A DNA stretch of 64,000 nucleotides from Rhizodiscina lignyota (taxonomy: Eukaryota): positions 186,001-250,000 of the forward strand of contig ML978124.1 of assembly GCA_010015805.1 (NCBI GenBank), in the 5' to 3' direction. The translations under genes were made by a program, and so were the position numbers. Every line of letters begins with the position of its first letter. Within the stretch, counting starts at the first letter, position 1. Below the pieces are notes generated by a model. It searched no databases and had not been told where the DNA came from. It was given only the letters and a program-made list of their open reading frames with translations. This document shows positions 50,681 to 61,788 of the stretch, in pieces.

Positions 50681-51398
50681 AACGTGTCGGATAAGAGTTA
50701 CATACGAGGACCATGCTCATGCCAAGATTATGACGGCGTTTTGTGGAGTGGAGCACAATCATAGAGTACATGAAAGTCGGCGATGACAGTCTTCCTCTTT
50801 CTTGTTGTAACATACCCAACGAATTGTTCATAAACATGAAATTAGCGCTTTTGGTGGCATCTAAGGAGTAGAACGTAAATATATCTAAATGAAAAGATTC
50901 GAGGATCAATTTTGTGTATTGCTTCAGCATCGTATAATTTTTGATAATTTATTAAAGTCTCGTTGTAAGAACAACGCGGTACCCAGCGTCGTGAATTGCC
51001 GTGCCTACAAGCAAAATGGAGCCCTCAGAGCTTAGAAAAAGCCACGATGTGTCTGGTGGCTTAGCTCCGAAGATCACCAGGAGATCTTACGCAAGACAGG
51101 GTGAGATTACAATTTCTAGGAGCTCGTTCGGAAGGTCAGGCTTCTCATATCATGCACTTTAGCAGTCTAATCGCGTAGAATCTACGATATATCCGCTAGT
51201 TTAGGAATCGCGAACGCTACATACCGAGCGCCGAACTACTCTACGTACTCCGTACAGTCCGTAGTCCGTACGCGCACTGACGATCCTCGAACCAGCCATC
51301 CAGGGGCCACGCGATCTGAGGACAACAACAAAACGCGTCCGGATCCCACGGATAGCTCATGTTATCGGTCCAATTGCACATCCACAACAAGCAGAACG

Positions 51399-52963
51399 AT
51401 GTTCAAAGGCGTGTTCCACGTGTTCTTGATAGCTTTCCTCTTCGCACTCCGATGCTGTGGAGAAGCCGCCCAGTACTGCAACCCGACCGACCGCGAAGAC
51501 ACCGATGTCTGCATTGCGCTCTCATCTTTCTACAATGAGACTGCTAGTAGCAATGACCTCAACGTCCATATGTCTGCAAGGTTTAAGAACAACGAAGGAT
51601 GGGCGGCATTAGGGACTGGCGTTATCATGCACGACTCGTTAATGTAAGAAATCCTTCCCGCGTGCACACGCATCAATAACGAACTAACAATGTACAGGTT
51701 TGTGATGTATCCAACGAAAGATAAGAAAGGTAGGACTGTTTGAATCCAATCACACATCAAGATATATAACTGACATCGCCATAGATGTCATCTTAAGTGT
51801 TCGGACGACTACGTACAGCACCCTGATGCATATCCCTTAAGTGTGAAGCTGACCACCTGTGCCAGAGAACATTATGCACCAAAAAAGGCCGACAAGCCTC
51901 CTGAATACACTGTCATCCAGTCATCTGAAGAATCTGGCCTCTATGATCTTCAGTTCGTATGCCATGCTTGCGACCAATGGCGCGGAAACGGAATAGACTT
52001 CACGAGACGATCTCGCTTCATTTATGCTGCATATGCAGGATCTGGCTTCTCCAGCTCTGACGAAGCGTTCCCGATGAAGAAGCATTCGAACTATGGTTAG
52101 TGGATTTGAATGAATGGCCGCATGACATCTGATTCTTGAGCCAGGCGTGTTCTATGTGAACATGGCTTCAATCCGAGCCGAGAAATCCACGATCCCCGAA
52201 ATTGCCGATAATGGACGTGTGTCTACGATCCCCCTTTCCTCTGATCCAGAAGGAGAAGAGGAACCGTCTCCAGCCGCATCGTCTTGGTTGTTCCCAATTC
52301 ATGGCTTTGTTCTATCCCTCGCCTTCCTCGTTCTCATGCCTCTTGGTGCAGCCTTGCTTCGCGCAGGAGTAGAGGGAGCTTTCGTTCTCCACTGGAAGAT
52401 TCAGCTTGCCGCTGCAGCACTGGCTATCATTGGAGTGGCGCTTGGAATTTTTAAATCATGGAGTCACCCATTGAACGTATGTGTCCCATTTCGCTTGAGG
52501 CAGGGAGGTCAGACTAACTGATGTTCACAGATTGGGAGTTCATTCGGAGTGCACAAGCTTCTCGGAGGACTTCTATTTCTTTCTGTTCTCGCGCAACCAG
52601 CGCTCGGATACGTTCATCACAGAATATATCTCTCCGTCAAGGGGCCGACCACACCGGGCCGCATCCACAGATGGGCTGGAAGAGGTATTCTTATAGGAGG
52701 ATGGATCAATGTTAACTTGTTAGTTCGTTCTGCATGCTGGTTGATTGATATACTAACGAATCCGCAGTGGGTTGTATATCGCAGGTTCAAGTTTGTGGAT
52801 TCGCATTCTTGCGCTCGTCTTCACTGCGGTTGCAGTTCTGGCTCCCATCTACCCAGTAATCGCATCCAGATTCGTAGAGGCATTACCGTTTTTCCAACGG
52901 AGCACTGCCGGGTACAACCCACTCGACAGGTCTGACGATGTAGATCTGCAACATCATCAGTGA
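51399..52963 (+). CDS. DOMON/CDH-cytochrome-like domain fused to a cytochrome b561-type membrane domain
   Basis: Signal peptide; GWAALGTG..MHDSLMFVMYP; SVR...H; MKKH. TM histidines in HGFVL, HWKIQ, HKLLG, HHR and HRWAGR. Short exons at 51698-51729 and 51785-51812. Confidence 0.82.
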
Positions 52964-53510
52964 ACATATGGTCTCTTTTGCATTTCAAGGCGAGCTCTGG
53001 CAGTCTTCAAGGGAAACTGGAAGTGTACTTGTATAATACTAAACTAAACAAAGATGAATAATAAAGGTAACTTAGGAGACCATGCTAGCTCAGAAAGGAA
53101 AGAAAAGGCGCGCTAGTGTACATAAAAGGTCGAAGGATTCTCTAGCTCCGACGACGGAATCCCGATTTTGAGGCTGCATCAAGTTCTCCGGTCAGTCAAA
53201 CTATTGGACGCCTCCTTCAGCTACCATTCTCTTCAAGGATCTGGAATTTACTTAGATCGAGCGGAGGCGCACAAACGGCCTTCCCAAGGTGCATAGTGAA
53301 CGGCGGCTGAGTCTGGGCTAGGCTACCAAAGCCTTACGAATATTTGTTCCGCTCGAATTAAAGTTTCCAGTCTGTGCCCTCAAGAAAATGTAGTGTTACC
53401 AACGCTGCCTGTTCTGATCCATCCTCCATGTCCCCCTCTCTCAAAATTGCGTCGTGCCTAGCTTTCGAGATTCCCGACATCTACCAAGTCCCCGTTCTCG
53501 TGGAATAATT

Positions 53511-54329
53511 ATGCGTTTCCACATCCCGTCACTTCTCATATTCTTTAGTTCGTTGTACTTCGCGACAGCAAACAATCAAAACTACTTCTTCGATGTGGGC
53601 GTGCACAGAAACGGTAACGGCAGCAACCAATGGAACTCCAACCCCGTCTGGGCTGTCGGGTCTACTCAGAAGCTCCAATGGCGAACAACAATAGCGAACT
53701 ATTCACTCTTCCTATGGCAACAGCTTCCGAACGTGAATGCTGCTCAACACAGCAAGTCGAGCATTTACACCAAGCAGCAAGGCGAAGCCGAACTTGGCGA
53801 GTTCATGTGGCAAGTCACACCATATGAGCTAAATCTAGACCTCTCTTCCGTCTTTTACGTCTCGCTCGGTTCTGCTGACGTTGTCGATTTTAATTCTGGG
53901 TATTTCAACATCTCGAAAGCGAGTTCGACCTCATCCATTGATGCCTACGGCACCCAGCTGCCAGCTTCATCCGATACTTCCTCCACCACTCAACCGCCAG
54001 CTTCATCAAGTGCTACCACAACGGCCTTATCAGGAGGGTCTAGCGATCTCAAGATCGGTCTGGGAGTTGGTCTCGGGCTCGGGATATCGCTTGTGCTTGC
54101 TGCTGGAGCATTTGTCGTTTGGTGCCTCAAGAGGCGCAAGGCTGCACCGGAATCAGTGAAACCCGAGAAGAAGGAGGTTGACGGTGTTGACTTTGGATAT
54201 AGTGAGCGGATACAGCATGCGGAGCTCTCTGCAGACTCCGGGTTACAAGAGCTATCCGACGAGCGCTCCGAAAGAGTATATGAAGCGCCTGGTGACGAGC
54301 AAGGACATGGAAATGGGAGGATGTCATGA
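53511..54329 (+). CDS. Type I membrane protein, Mid2-like architecture
   Basis: Signal peptide, extracellular domain, S/T stalk, TM KIGLGVGLGLGISLVL followed by KRRK, tail with AEL/QEL/YEAP motifs. Confidence 0.8.
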   Translation: MRFHIPSLLIFFSSLYFATANNQNYFFDVGVHRNGNGSNQWNSNPVWAVGSTQKLQWRTTIANYSLFLWQQLPNVNAAQHSKSSIYTKQQGEAELGEFMWQVTPYELNLDLSSVFYVSLGSADVVDFNSGYFNISKASSTSSIDAYGTQLPASSDTSSTTQPPASSSATTTALSGGSSDLKIGLGVGLGLGISLVLAAGAFVVWCLKRRKAAPESVKPEKKEVDGVDFGYSERIQHAELSADSGLQELSDERSERVYEAPGDEQGHGNGRMS

Positions 54330-54396
54330 CGAACTGTGACAACATTCTCAAAATATACAGGCAATTATTTCGGCAGTCTGTCGAAAAGGGACTTTT

Positions 54397-56160
54397 TCAC
54401 ACCACCTGATCCACCATCAAATCCGTTGGCCATCGCGCCGCATCGATTCCATTCCCCCTCGTGCCAACGTTAAAGCCTAGCTGAACCACATCCTGGAACT
54501 GCGCAATTCCCTTCACCTTCCGAATCTTCTTGTCTCCCATCACCGTCGGTGCGCTCCTGTCCTCGAAGAAGTCCGGCTGGAACAATCTCTTCCCACCCTC
54601 ACCAGCTCTTAGCGCCTTCATCGTCACCGGAACAGAGAATCCATTATTGTGCCAATGCTGATACATCGGGTTTCCATGCTCTGCACGGACCTTGGCAAAC
54701 ACGTCGTCTGGGTAGGTCCCGACGAACTTCGCTAGCCACGTGTTGTAGTAGTTCAGCGACAGGTCGATGCTATACGAGCCTCCGCTTTCTGCCTGTCTCA
54801 AGAGCGCGATGATGATCGCACACGAGCCCGCAATACCACAGCCGTAGTCCGTGTGCGGGAATATCGGCGTCACCGGGTCTCCGTGGCCTAACGCCTGTCC
54901 AAAGCCATGGCTAATTCCAGTGCAGGCGTCACTGATTTGCTGCCATCCGCTCCTTTCAACCCACGGGCCGTGCCAGCCATAGCAGTTCACCCTCGCGTAG
55001 ATCATCCCGCGCTCCCGGTTCTCAACCAACTTCAGGATGTCTTCCTGGCTGAAGCCGTACTTGTCCAGAATGTTGGGGCGATAGCTCTGAACTACAACAT
55101 CCGCTTCCATGATGAGCGCACGTAGCTTCTCCCGATCATCCGGATTCCTGAGGTCAATGCTGCAATTCCATTTACCCCAGTTGAGGTCGACGTGCAGACC
55201 ATTGACGTCTGGCAAGTTGGGGGAAGTGCAGCGCATGACACTGGCACCGAAATCCGCGAGACCGCGCGTCACTGTTGGAGCGGCGATGATGCGCGTGAGA
55301 TCGATGACTTTAAGGCCTGCGAGTGGACGTGTGGGGCTGGTCTGTGGTGAATCTGGCCACCAGGGTGCGGTCTGTTTCGGATTTGGGTGCGAATAGATCT
55401 CCCAGAGTCCAACATCAGCATTGGCCTTTCCGTGCTCAGTCGCGGCAAACTCGTCCACGCTGTAGCAGATCGTGCCAGCTTGTCGATATACGTCGTTGTA
55501 CTTGGCGTCTAACTCTTTGCTGCCGATCTTGGCAAAGGCTTCCATGAATGGCTTGACTCCTTCTTCGTAGCTTGGGATATCCATGTTGTGAGGGAGCTCC
55601 ATGCAGTCGAGCGTCGGGTCTGGGTTCAGTGAATTGTGAGTGTGGTAGAAGCGGCCATCCTTGCATTTGTAGATGTTTGTTGCAAGGTTTCTATATTGTG
55701 ACGAATTCATTCCATGCTTATCACAGTTTGGGAAGTATTTCTCGAGCTCCTTATTCGCTCCACGCAGCGTTGTTGGCGTGAGATTCAGACCGCCTTCGGC
55801 AGGATCCAGAGTCCATAAGAGAGTAGCCATGACAAAGAGCACGGCGTGATCGGTATTAATGTTGACATCCTGCGGTTCCACGTTGTATTTGCGCTTCAGC
55901 AATACATTTACCAGCGCCGCTTCAAGCCCTTTCAGGGCAGCCACTGCTTCGGCAAAGCGCCAATTCACTGGTACAGATGGGGACTCGGAACCCCAGAAAT
56001 GAACATGAGAGCTTGCTTCTGTGATCTCCTTTGGGAGATCCTTGGCAACCAAAGGGTTAGAAAGGACGGAGCTTTGAAACACCTTGAAGGCTTCCTCCGG
56101 CACAGAGTACTCGTGAGCACCACTGGAGGAACCATTGGTAGCGCCGTTCACACCATTCAT
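54397..56160 (-). CDS. CoA-transferase family III (CaiB/BaiF)
   Basis: RPLAGLKVIDLTRIIAAP, LNWGK, ADVVVQSYRP, NCYGWHGPW, candidate catalytic Asp in PHTDYGCG. Intronless. Confidence 0.93.
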   Translation of the reverse strand: MNGVNGATNGSSSGAHEYSVPEEAFKVFQSSVLSNPLVAKDLPKEITEASSHVHFWGSESPSVPVNWRFAEAVAALKGLEAALVNVLLKRKYNVEPQDVNINTDHAVLFVMATLLWTLDPAEGGLNLTPTTLRGANKELEKYFPNCDKHGMNSSQYRNLATNIYKCKDGRFYHTHNSLNPDPTLDCMELPHNMDIPSYEEGVKPFMEAFAKIGSKELDAKYNDVYRQAGTICYSVDEFAATEHGKANADVGLWEIYSHPNPKQTAPWWPDSPQTSPTRPLAGLKVIDLTRIIAAPTVTRGLADFGASVMRCTSPNLPDVNGLHVDLNWGKWNCSIDLRNPDDREKLRALIMEADVVVQSYRPNILDKYGFSQEDILKLVENRERGMIYARVNCYGWHGPWVERSGWQQISDACTGISHGFGQALGHGDPVTPIFPHTDYGCGIAGSCAIIIALLRQAESGGSYSIDLSLNYYNTWLAKFVGTYPDDVFAKVRAEHGNPMYQHWHNNGFSVPVTMKALRAGEGGKRLFQPDFFEDRSAPTVMGDKKIRKVKGIAQFQDVVQLGFNVGTRGNGIDAARWPTDLMVDQVV

Positions 56161-56909
56161 ATTGAAAATAATTTAGATTGTAGATGAAATGAATACAAGT
56201 AACAGCATGTGGGGATAAAAGAATTCACGACTCCAAAGTAGTAGTATGTCTGCATACCTATGTATAACCAGAACACAGACGGCTCAACCGGCCGGCGGCT
56301 AAGCATGCGGAGAAGATCGGTGGTCTGCAGACCATTTGCATATGACCCCGAGACTACCGACCGAGCAAGTTGGTCTGCAGGTCATCAAAAACTACCTTAC
56401 CCCGGATCGGAAGCAAGTCGATGGCTCGGAGCGGCTAGAGGGCGAGAGCGATCATTCGCGGACCGCCATGAGCTATGGAGTATGTAAGCCAATAACAATA
56501 GCTTATATACGAAGTCAACCACAGCTTTTGCGTAGCAACCGGAAAAGACGAAACTTATCCGTTTCCCGTGCCTTGGAGGAGCTCGAGCGCGCCGCGGAGA
56601 TGAGTAACAACGTCTCTGTGAACTTGCGGCGACAAACTGTCCGCGAGCACCAAACTGGGAAATTGCCGAATATCTTCTCCAAAATCCAGAAACGATGCGA
56701 TGAGAGATTCCTAAGCTGAACGATGTCTTCTCAAAATTGAATATAGTAGCATGAAAACATGCATTTCTCAAGTGTGAGACATGGAAAAGCCGGAGAACTT
56801 GCACAACAGAGGTTCAATATTGATAAATACCTTCTATATGCAATTATCCAATCATCCTTGCGGAATCGAGCCAGTTCTACCGTTTTATCGCTTGATATGA
56901 CAAGCATGT

Positions 56910-57681
56910 TCAGGCAAGTACTCTATATCCTTTACAATTTAGTATGAGGTGGTGCAGTCCCCAGCAATATGAGAGCGCTTTGTACTCCCAGTCTGCTTTG
57001 ACACTGTCGGTTAGCTTCATATCATGATCATTGTCTTTGAAGGCGAAAACGTCTATCATACGCTTCGAGAGAATGTCTTCCCTTGCAAGAAGCTGTGACA
57101 CTATGGACCGCCCACATTCATGAGTCGTCAAGCAGTCGTCAAGAGATTTTCGAGAGAATTGGAATGATGACTCTAATGTGGTATCAATATACCTTAGTAC
57201 TGAAGCATTTGACATTCCATTGACATTCCATTGACAAGACAGCACTCTGTTGATGGAAAGGTCAGTGTAAGGCCACACCGCCATCAAAGCTCTCCCATTG
57301 CCGGCTTACTGACTTACCAGCACTCCTGTAGAGATGACCAAATTCCCCTCACGACATATACCATCCTTCCATTTCACAGCCCCCATTTTACGGAACTGAA
57401 GTATTAAGTGAGAGTGGGGCTCCCCCGGGGTGCCTGGTAACTCTTCTAAGGAGAAGTGGCCACAATCATTTGACCAGCACTCGAACTTCCCCATCTCGCG
57501 CTGCATAGTCCAGCACACCCAGCATTTGAGAGCACTATCAATTAGCATTGTTGGCATCTTCATAATGACGATAACCTCCGAATTTGAGCAAATCCTCAAG
57601 GACAATCCCACTGCACATGCTGCATAGCTCTTCCTGTTTGATCACTCTAAAGTGATCGATTTCATCGCTTCCTGTATGCAT
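56910..57681 (-). pseudogene. Truncated, frameshifted HET-domain gene remnant
   Basis: MHTG...ELCSMC...YRHYEDA, then a frameshift near 57555 into LIDSALKCWVC; intact-looking intron at about 57317-57249; then DCLTTHEC, KRMIDV and HET signature YKALSYCWG followed by an early stop. Confidence 0.72.
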
Positions 57682-57934
57682 ATTAGTGTAATTGTAAGAA
57701 AGTGAATATAATGAATTACAGCTATGTAAAATAACTCAAGACATTTGAAGGAAGTCACCTTTGTATACATAGTAAAGATCAAGTAATTGAAGGGAGAGGT
57801 AGAAGTAGAGATTAATTATGGGGTGTACATACTACAGAGGTTTAGTACCGATATCGATAACAGTTTTTGAAACTATTTCTTCGCACCCACAACGCCCACT
57901 TTCACAATTTCAGCACAAGAAAGAGTATTCACAA

Positions 57935-58470
57935 ATGGTAAGAAGCTTTGGAATGTGTATTCTAATAATTGTCCTCACCAAATATAACAGGCTCCAATCA
58001 AAAGTTCATCAACCAAACCCCGGGGGCTTGGAGCAAAGACCCCAACTTCATACCCTTCCTCGTCCACTACGTTCTCTAGCTCGAAGAAAGACAAACGGAC
58101 GATCAAGCACTCCACATTCGTCAGCAAAATCGCAAAGAACAGTGCAACAGGCAACAAGAAGCGACGGCGGCCCAGCAAGAAGCTCGTCACAACCCTTGAA
58201 TCGCTCGCCGACGCACTTCCAGACCTTGGAGATGAGAATATCAGTGGGAACACAAGCGAGCTGCTGAAGCAGGCGAATTTTAGGCACAAGAGCCTGAAGA
58301 CACGCCCAGGCTCGATGAAAAGGAAGGTCAAGATGGAGAAGGCGGAGAGGGAGCGCTTTGGGATGAATATGGCGCAGTTGGCGAGTGTGCAAAAGGGAGC
58401 TGGTGGTGTTGCGGGTGGGCTGGAAGCGTTGAGACGACATATCGCGGAGCAGATGAAGAGCTCGGGATGA
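57935..58470 (+). CDS. SLX9: Ribosome biogenesis protein Slx9-like
   Basis: ATG-only coding exon, intron 57938-57990, then APIKS...SKKDKRTIKHSTFVSKI...KRRRPSKKLVTTLESLADALP...RHKSLKTRPGSMKRK...ERERFGMNMAQL. Absent from the ORF track. Confidence 0.85.
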
Positions 58471-58613
58471 ATGTGCGATTGGTTTACAGATCGAAGAAGC
58501 GATAGTATGAGGTTGCCAACCTCCTGTCGACAATGGCGAAATCACCACGTTGAACCATATCCAACTACCTCCCTATTTCTACCTCCAACACAGCCACTTG
58601 CCATCACACTGCA

Positions 58614-58940
58614 TCACGGCACTTCCCCAACCCCATAACTAAAAAATCCATTCACCGAAAACGGACAATCCGCACCACTCACGATTGCGCCTCCACCGCA
58701 CTCCTGCTCCTGGTATGGATAGAATAGGAAGTCGCTCTCGTCCTGGGTGAAGCGATAGCTGTATGCTGGGCCGAAGCTAGGAACGCATTCTTTGTTCTCG
58801 TCACCTGAGTCCTGCAGCACCACGTTGCCTTGGCAGGACTGGTCGTCGTAGAAGGTGACAGACCATTCGGAGGCGTGGGTAAGGTGGGTGGTTGAGGCCA
58901 GCAGGAGGATGGTAGAGAGAGATGGGAAGAGCAGCTTCAT
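58614..58940 (-). CDS. Small secreted protein, 108 aa, 4 Cys
   Basis: Signal peptide MKLLFPSLSTILLLAS; WSVTFYDDQSC; acidic mature domain. Confidence 0.78.
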   Translation of the reverse strand: MKLLFPSLSTILLLASTTHLTHASEWSVTFYDDQSCQGNVVLQDSGDENKECVPSFGPAYSYRFTQDESDFLFYPYQEQECGGGAIVSGADCPFSVNGFFSYGVGEVP

Positions 58941-59600
58941 GATTTCTTGTGCTGGAATGTCGAGGATTTACCTGGAGGGTGAGAATCGAGGGTAAGAAGG
59001 CTAGTGGATGAACAGTAGCGAGAAGAATTCCACACTGCCTCTGCCTGAGCAGCCATTATTCAGTGCAATTTATATTGCTTAAATGTAAACCTCTAGCTAC
59101 CTCCATTCTCAGGAAGTACTAGGAAACTACCATCTTTGAAATATTCCCTTCCCGCTCACTTCGCATGCTCCATGAAACGCCCCACAGATCGACATCTTCC
59201 GGACTCAAAAGGACAAATGCATAGATAATGGGGGCCGTATGCTTCGCAAGCCGTACTCCTCTATCGAACGGCACTTAGAACCCTTCGTAAAGACTACAAG
59301 AGTGGGAAATGGTTGTGACTGATCGACCATTTTCCTCCCCATGAAGATTCATTGCGAAAACGCAGGAATAGCAAAACGAGGATGTCTTAGGTAAGGGAAA
59401 CAAGATGGGTATATTGATAATTCTAATAACTTGGTTGACCCAATTACAAGGTTCTGTAAGATCCATCATCTAAGCTCGCTGTCCGCGAAGAAAGGACCAG
59501 ATGTATTCGGATCAGCAAGAAAGATATCCCCTTAGAGGCAGCCCAGAGGCATTCTGCTGATCGACACACTCTTCTCCAAACAGCTTCCCCAAATGTACCC

Positions 59601-61386
59601 TCACTTCCGCACACTCCTAGCATGCTTAACCAGATTCTCAATCACCCCCTCAAACGCCTCCTTCTCTCTGCCTGCCTCCTCCCTTCTCTCCTCCCAATAC
59701 CGCAACACTTCCCTCCCCACCCTACATACATCATGCAGTCGCTCGACATGTCCTTCCAACTCCTTATCGCTCATCCCCTCCAGCGCCTCTGCAGTCGTAT
59801 TCCCTAATACCGTCGCCGCGCTGCGATCCCAATCAGGCGGCGGCGCGGGGCCTCTCTGCTTCCGCTCCCTTCTCCTTTGTGCTGCGGATTCCGTGCTCGC
59901 GATGCTGCTGTTTGAATCGTTCCTTTGCTTCAGCCTCAGTTGCGCGGGGTTCAATCTGTCGTCGCTGCTGGGGCGGGGACTGCGCCCGGGATGGTCGAAG
60001 CTAGGTAAGATGAGTTTCTTCTGTGTGCTGCGGGGTAGGATCTCGTCGAGGTCGAGGGGTACGCCAATGGACACGAGGAACATGCGGCGGATGTGGGAGC
60101 GCGTCCAATTGGGTGGTTGGATTGGGGGAGGGGCGACGAGTTGGGACCAGAGAGAGTGGGAACGGTCGGTTAGGAAGGGGGTTGTTTGGGGTGGGAATTT
60201 TTGTGTATCGATGGTTGTGGGGCGGTCGTGATTTGTTCGTGGGAAAAGTTGGGGCAGGAACGAGGATGTGATGTCTTGAATTTCGGTGTCGTCGAGGGGG
60301 CGAAAGTCAGGAATGGGCTGTGGTGGGATGTTAGCAATAGGGAACGGAGATAAAGCAGATCGATGGAAGTTGACGATGGGAAAGACAAAAGAGAAGCAAA
60401 CGAAGTAATAAGATTGCCGCGAGGCATATTGATGTGTCTATAAGCTCGCTACTTACAAATGATGGTTTCGTGATAGGTGGTGCAGTAGGAGGTGCAGGCT
60501 CTGCTGCGAAGCCATTCGAAATCCCAGCCGGCTGAGCAGATGTGAAGCCGTCATCAAAATCTCCAAAGTCATCATCGTCACCGCCCTCTCCACCACCTTC
60601 TTCAAAGTCGTCAAAGTCATCACCGAAGCCCTCCTCGTCCTCTGCATCGTCCTCTGCATCGTCCGCCTTGTCCCACTCGTTCTTGGCTTGCGTTTGCTCG
60701 GCAGTCGTGAGTTCTACGGGGCTGGGGGATCTGTTCGACTCTGTTGGCAAACATTCTTCGTCAACCGGCGCTCTGAAGACGTCGGCGTATCACAAAGGAA
60801 ATAAAGGGAACTCACCATTCCAGGGATTCGTAGTCCTTGTTTCGGGACTCTTGATGATCTCGTCAGGCAGAGCGTCCATCTTCCTCTTCTCATACGCCTC
60901 TGTGCCAGGCACATCACCGTATGCAGGAGTATCTGGGTCGACCTTCTCCACCACCATCTTCGGTACTGGAGTGCCTCCGGGTGTGGAGGGCCTGTCTTCT
61001 GGCCGTAGCCTCGAAGTTGACCTGCTCCTCATGCCGTCGGGCACGACTTCAACTTCGTCTGGCACAGCATCTGCCAGACGCTGCTTGTACGCTTCAGTGT
61101 TTGGCACTTCGCCATAGCGCGGTTCTGTGTCGACGCGCTCAACACGAGTCATGGGAACAGGAGAGTTGGAGGCATTGCTGGTACTGTGTGAATGGCCGCT
61201 AGCACGAGGATTGCGACCTTCTGAGGCATCTGAGAAGTGCTCGTTCTCATCTGAGGAAGCTATAGGGTAGTTAGAGGAGGAGCACGGAAAGCTGCGGAAA
61301 GTCTTGCTTGACGTACCTAGCTCGTGTGCTCCTGGGTCTTCGAGATCATGGTGGGCAGCCTTTGTGGGCGGTGAAAGGTCTGTCAT
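59601..61386 (-). CDS. Laa2/YBL010C (DUF5102)-like AP-1 accessory protein, about 4 exons
   Basis: Acidic GFGDDFDDF and DDFGDF motifs; conserved PPNWTRSHIRRMFLVSIGVPLDLDEILP; C-terminal EKEAFEGVIENLV. Family name recalled, not searched. Confidence 0.7.
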
Positions 61387-61788
61387 GCTGAGGGAGCTAA
61401 AGGAGGTGGTTCTGAGAGGAAAGCGGAGTTTAAGGAGAGAATAGATGTTTGTAGGGGTGGTAGCTAAGGTGATGAGGGCATCTCCGTGGTTGTCTTGAAG
61501 CTCTTAGACAAAGCTGATTTGCACAGCCACTCTTTCTTGACCATCTTGTAAATGTTTCTCCGACGTCCGAGAGTCCGTGCATGGGCTGCGGAGCTGTAGC
61601 TTTTGCACGTCGCGCTCTCGAAGCAACACCACAAAAGCTGTTTGCACGCGTCGACGCTGCACACAACCTTTTCTCTACCTTTAAATGCTCCACCTTCGTG
61701 CGTACTGAGACGTTCACAGTTCATTGCAACTGGTTGGGTCCCATAAACACCTACCAACATACCCCCCTCACACATTCCACGCACGATC

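Noticed and set aside
59593..61117. Plus-strand ORFs 59593-60231 and 60542-61117
   Set aside because: Antisense to the Laa2-like gene; Ser-rich mirror of acidic codons.
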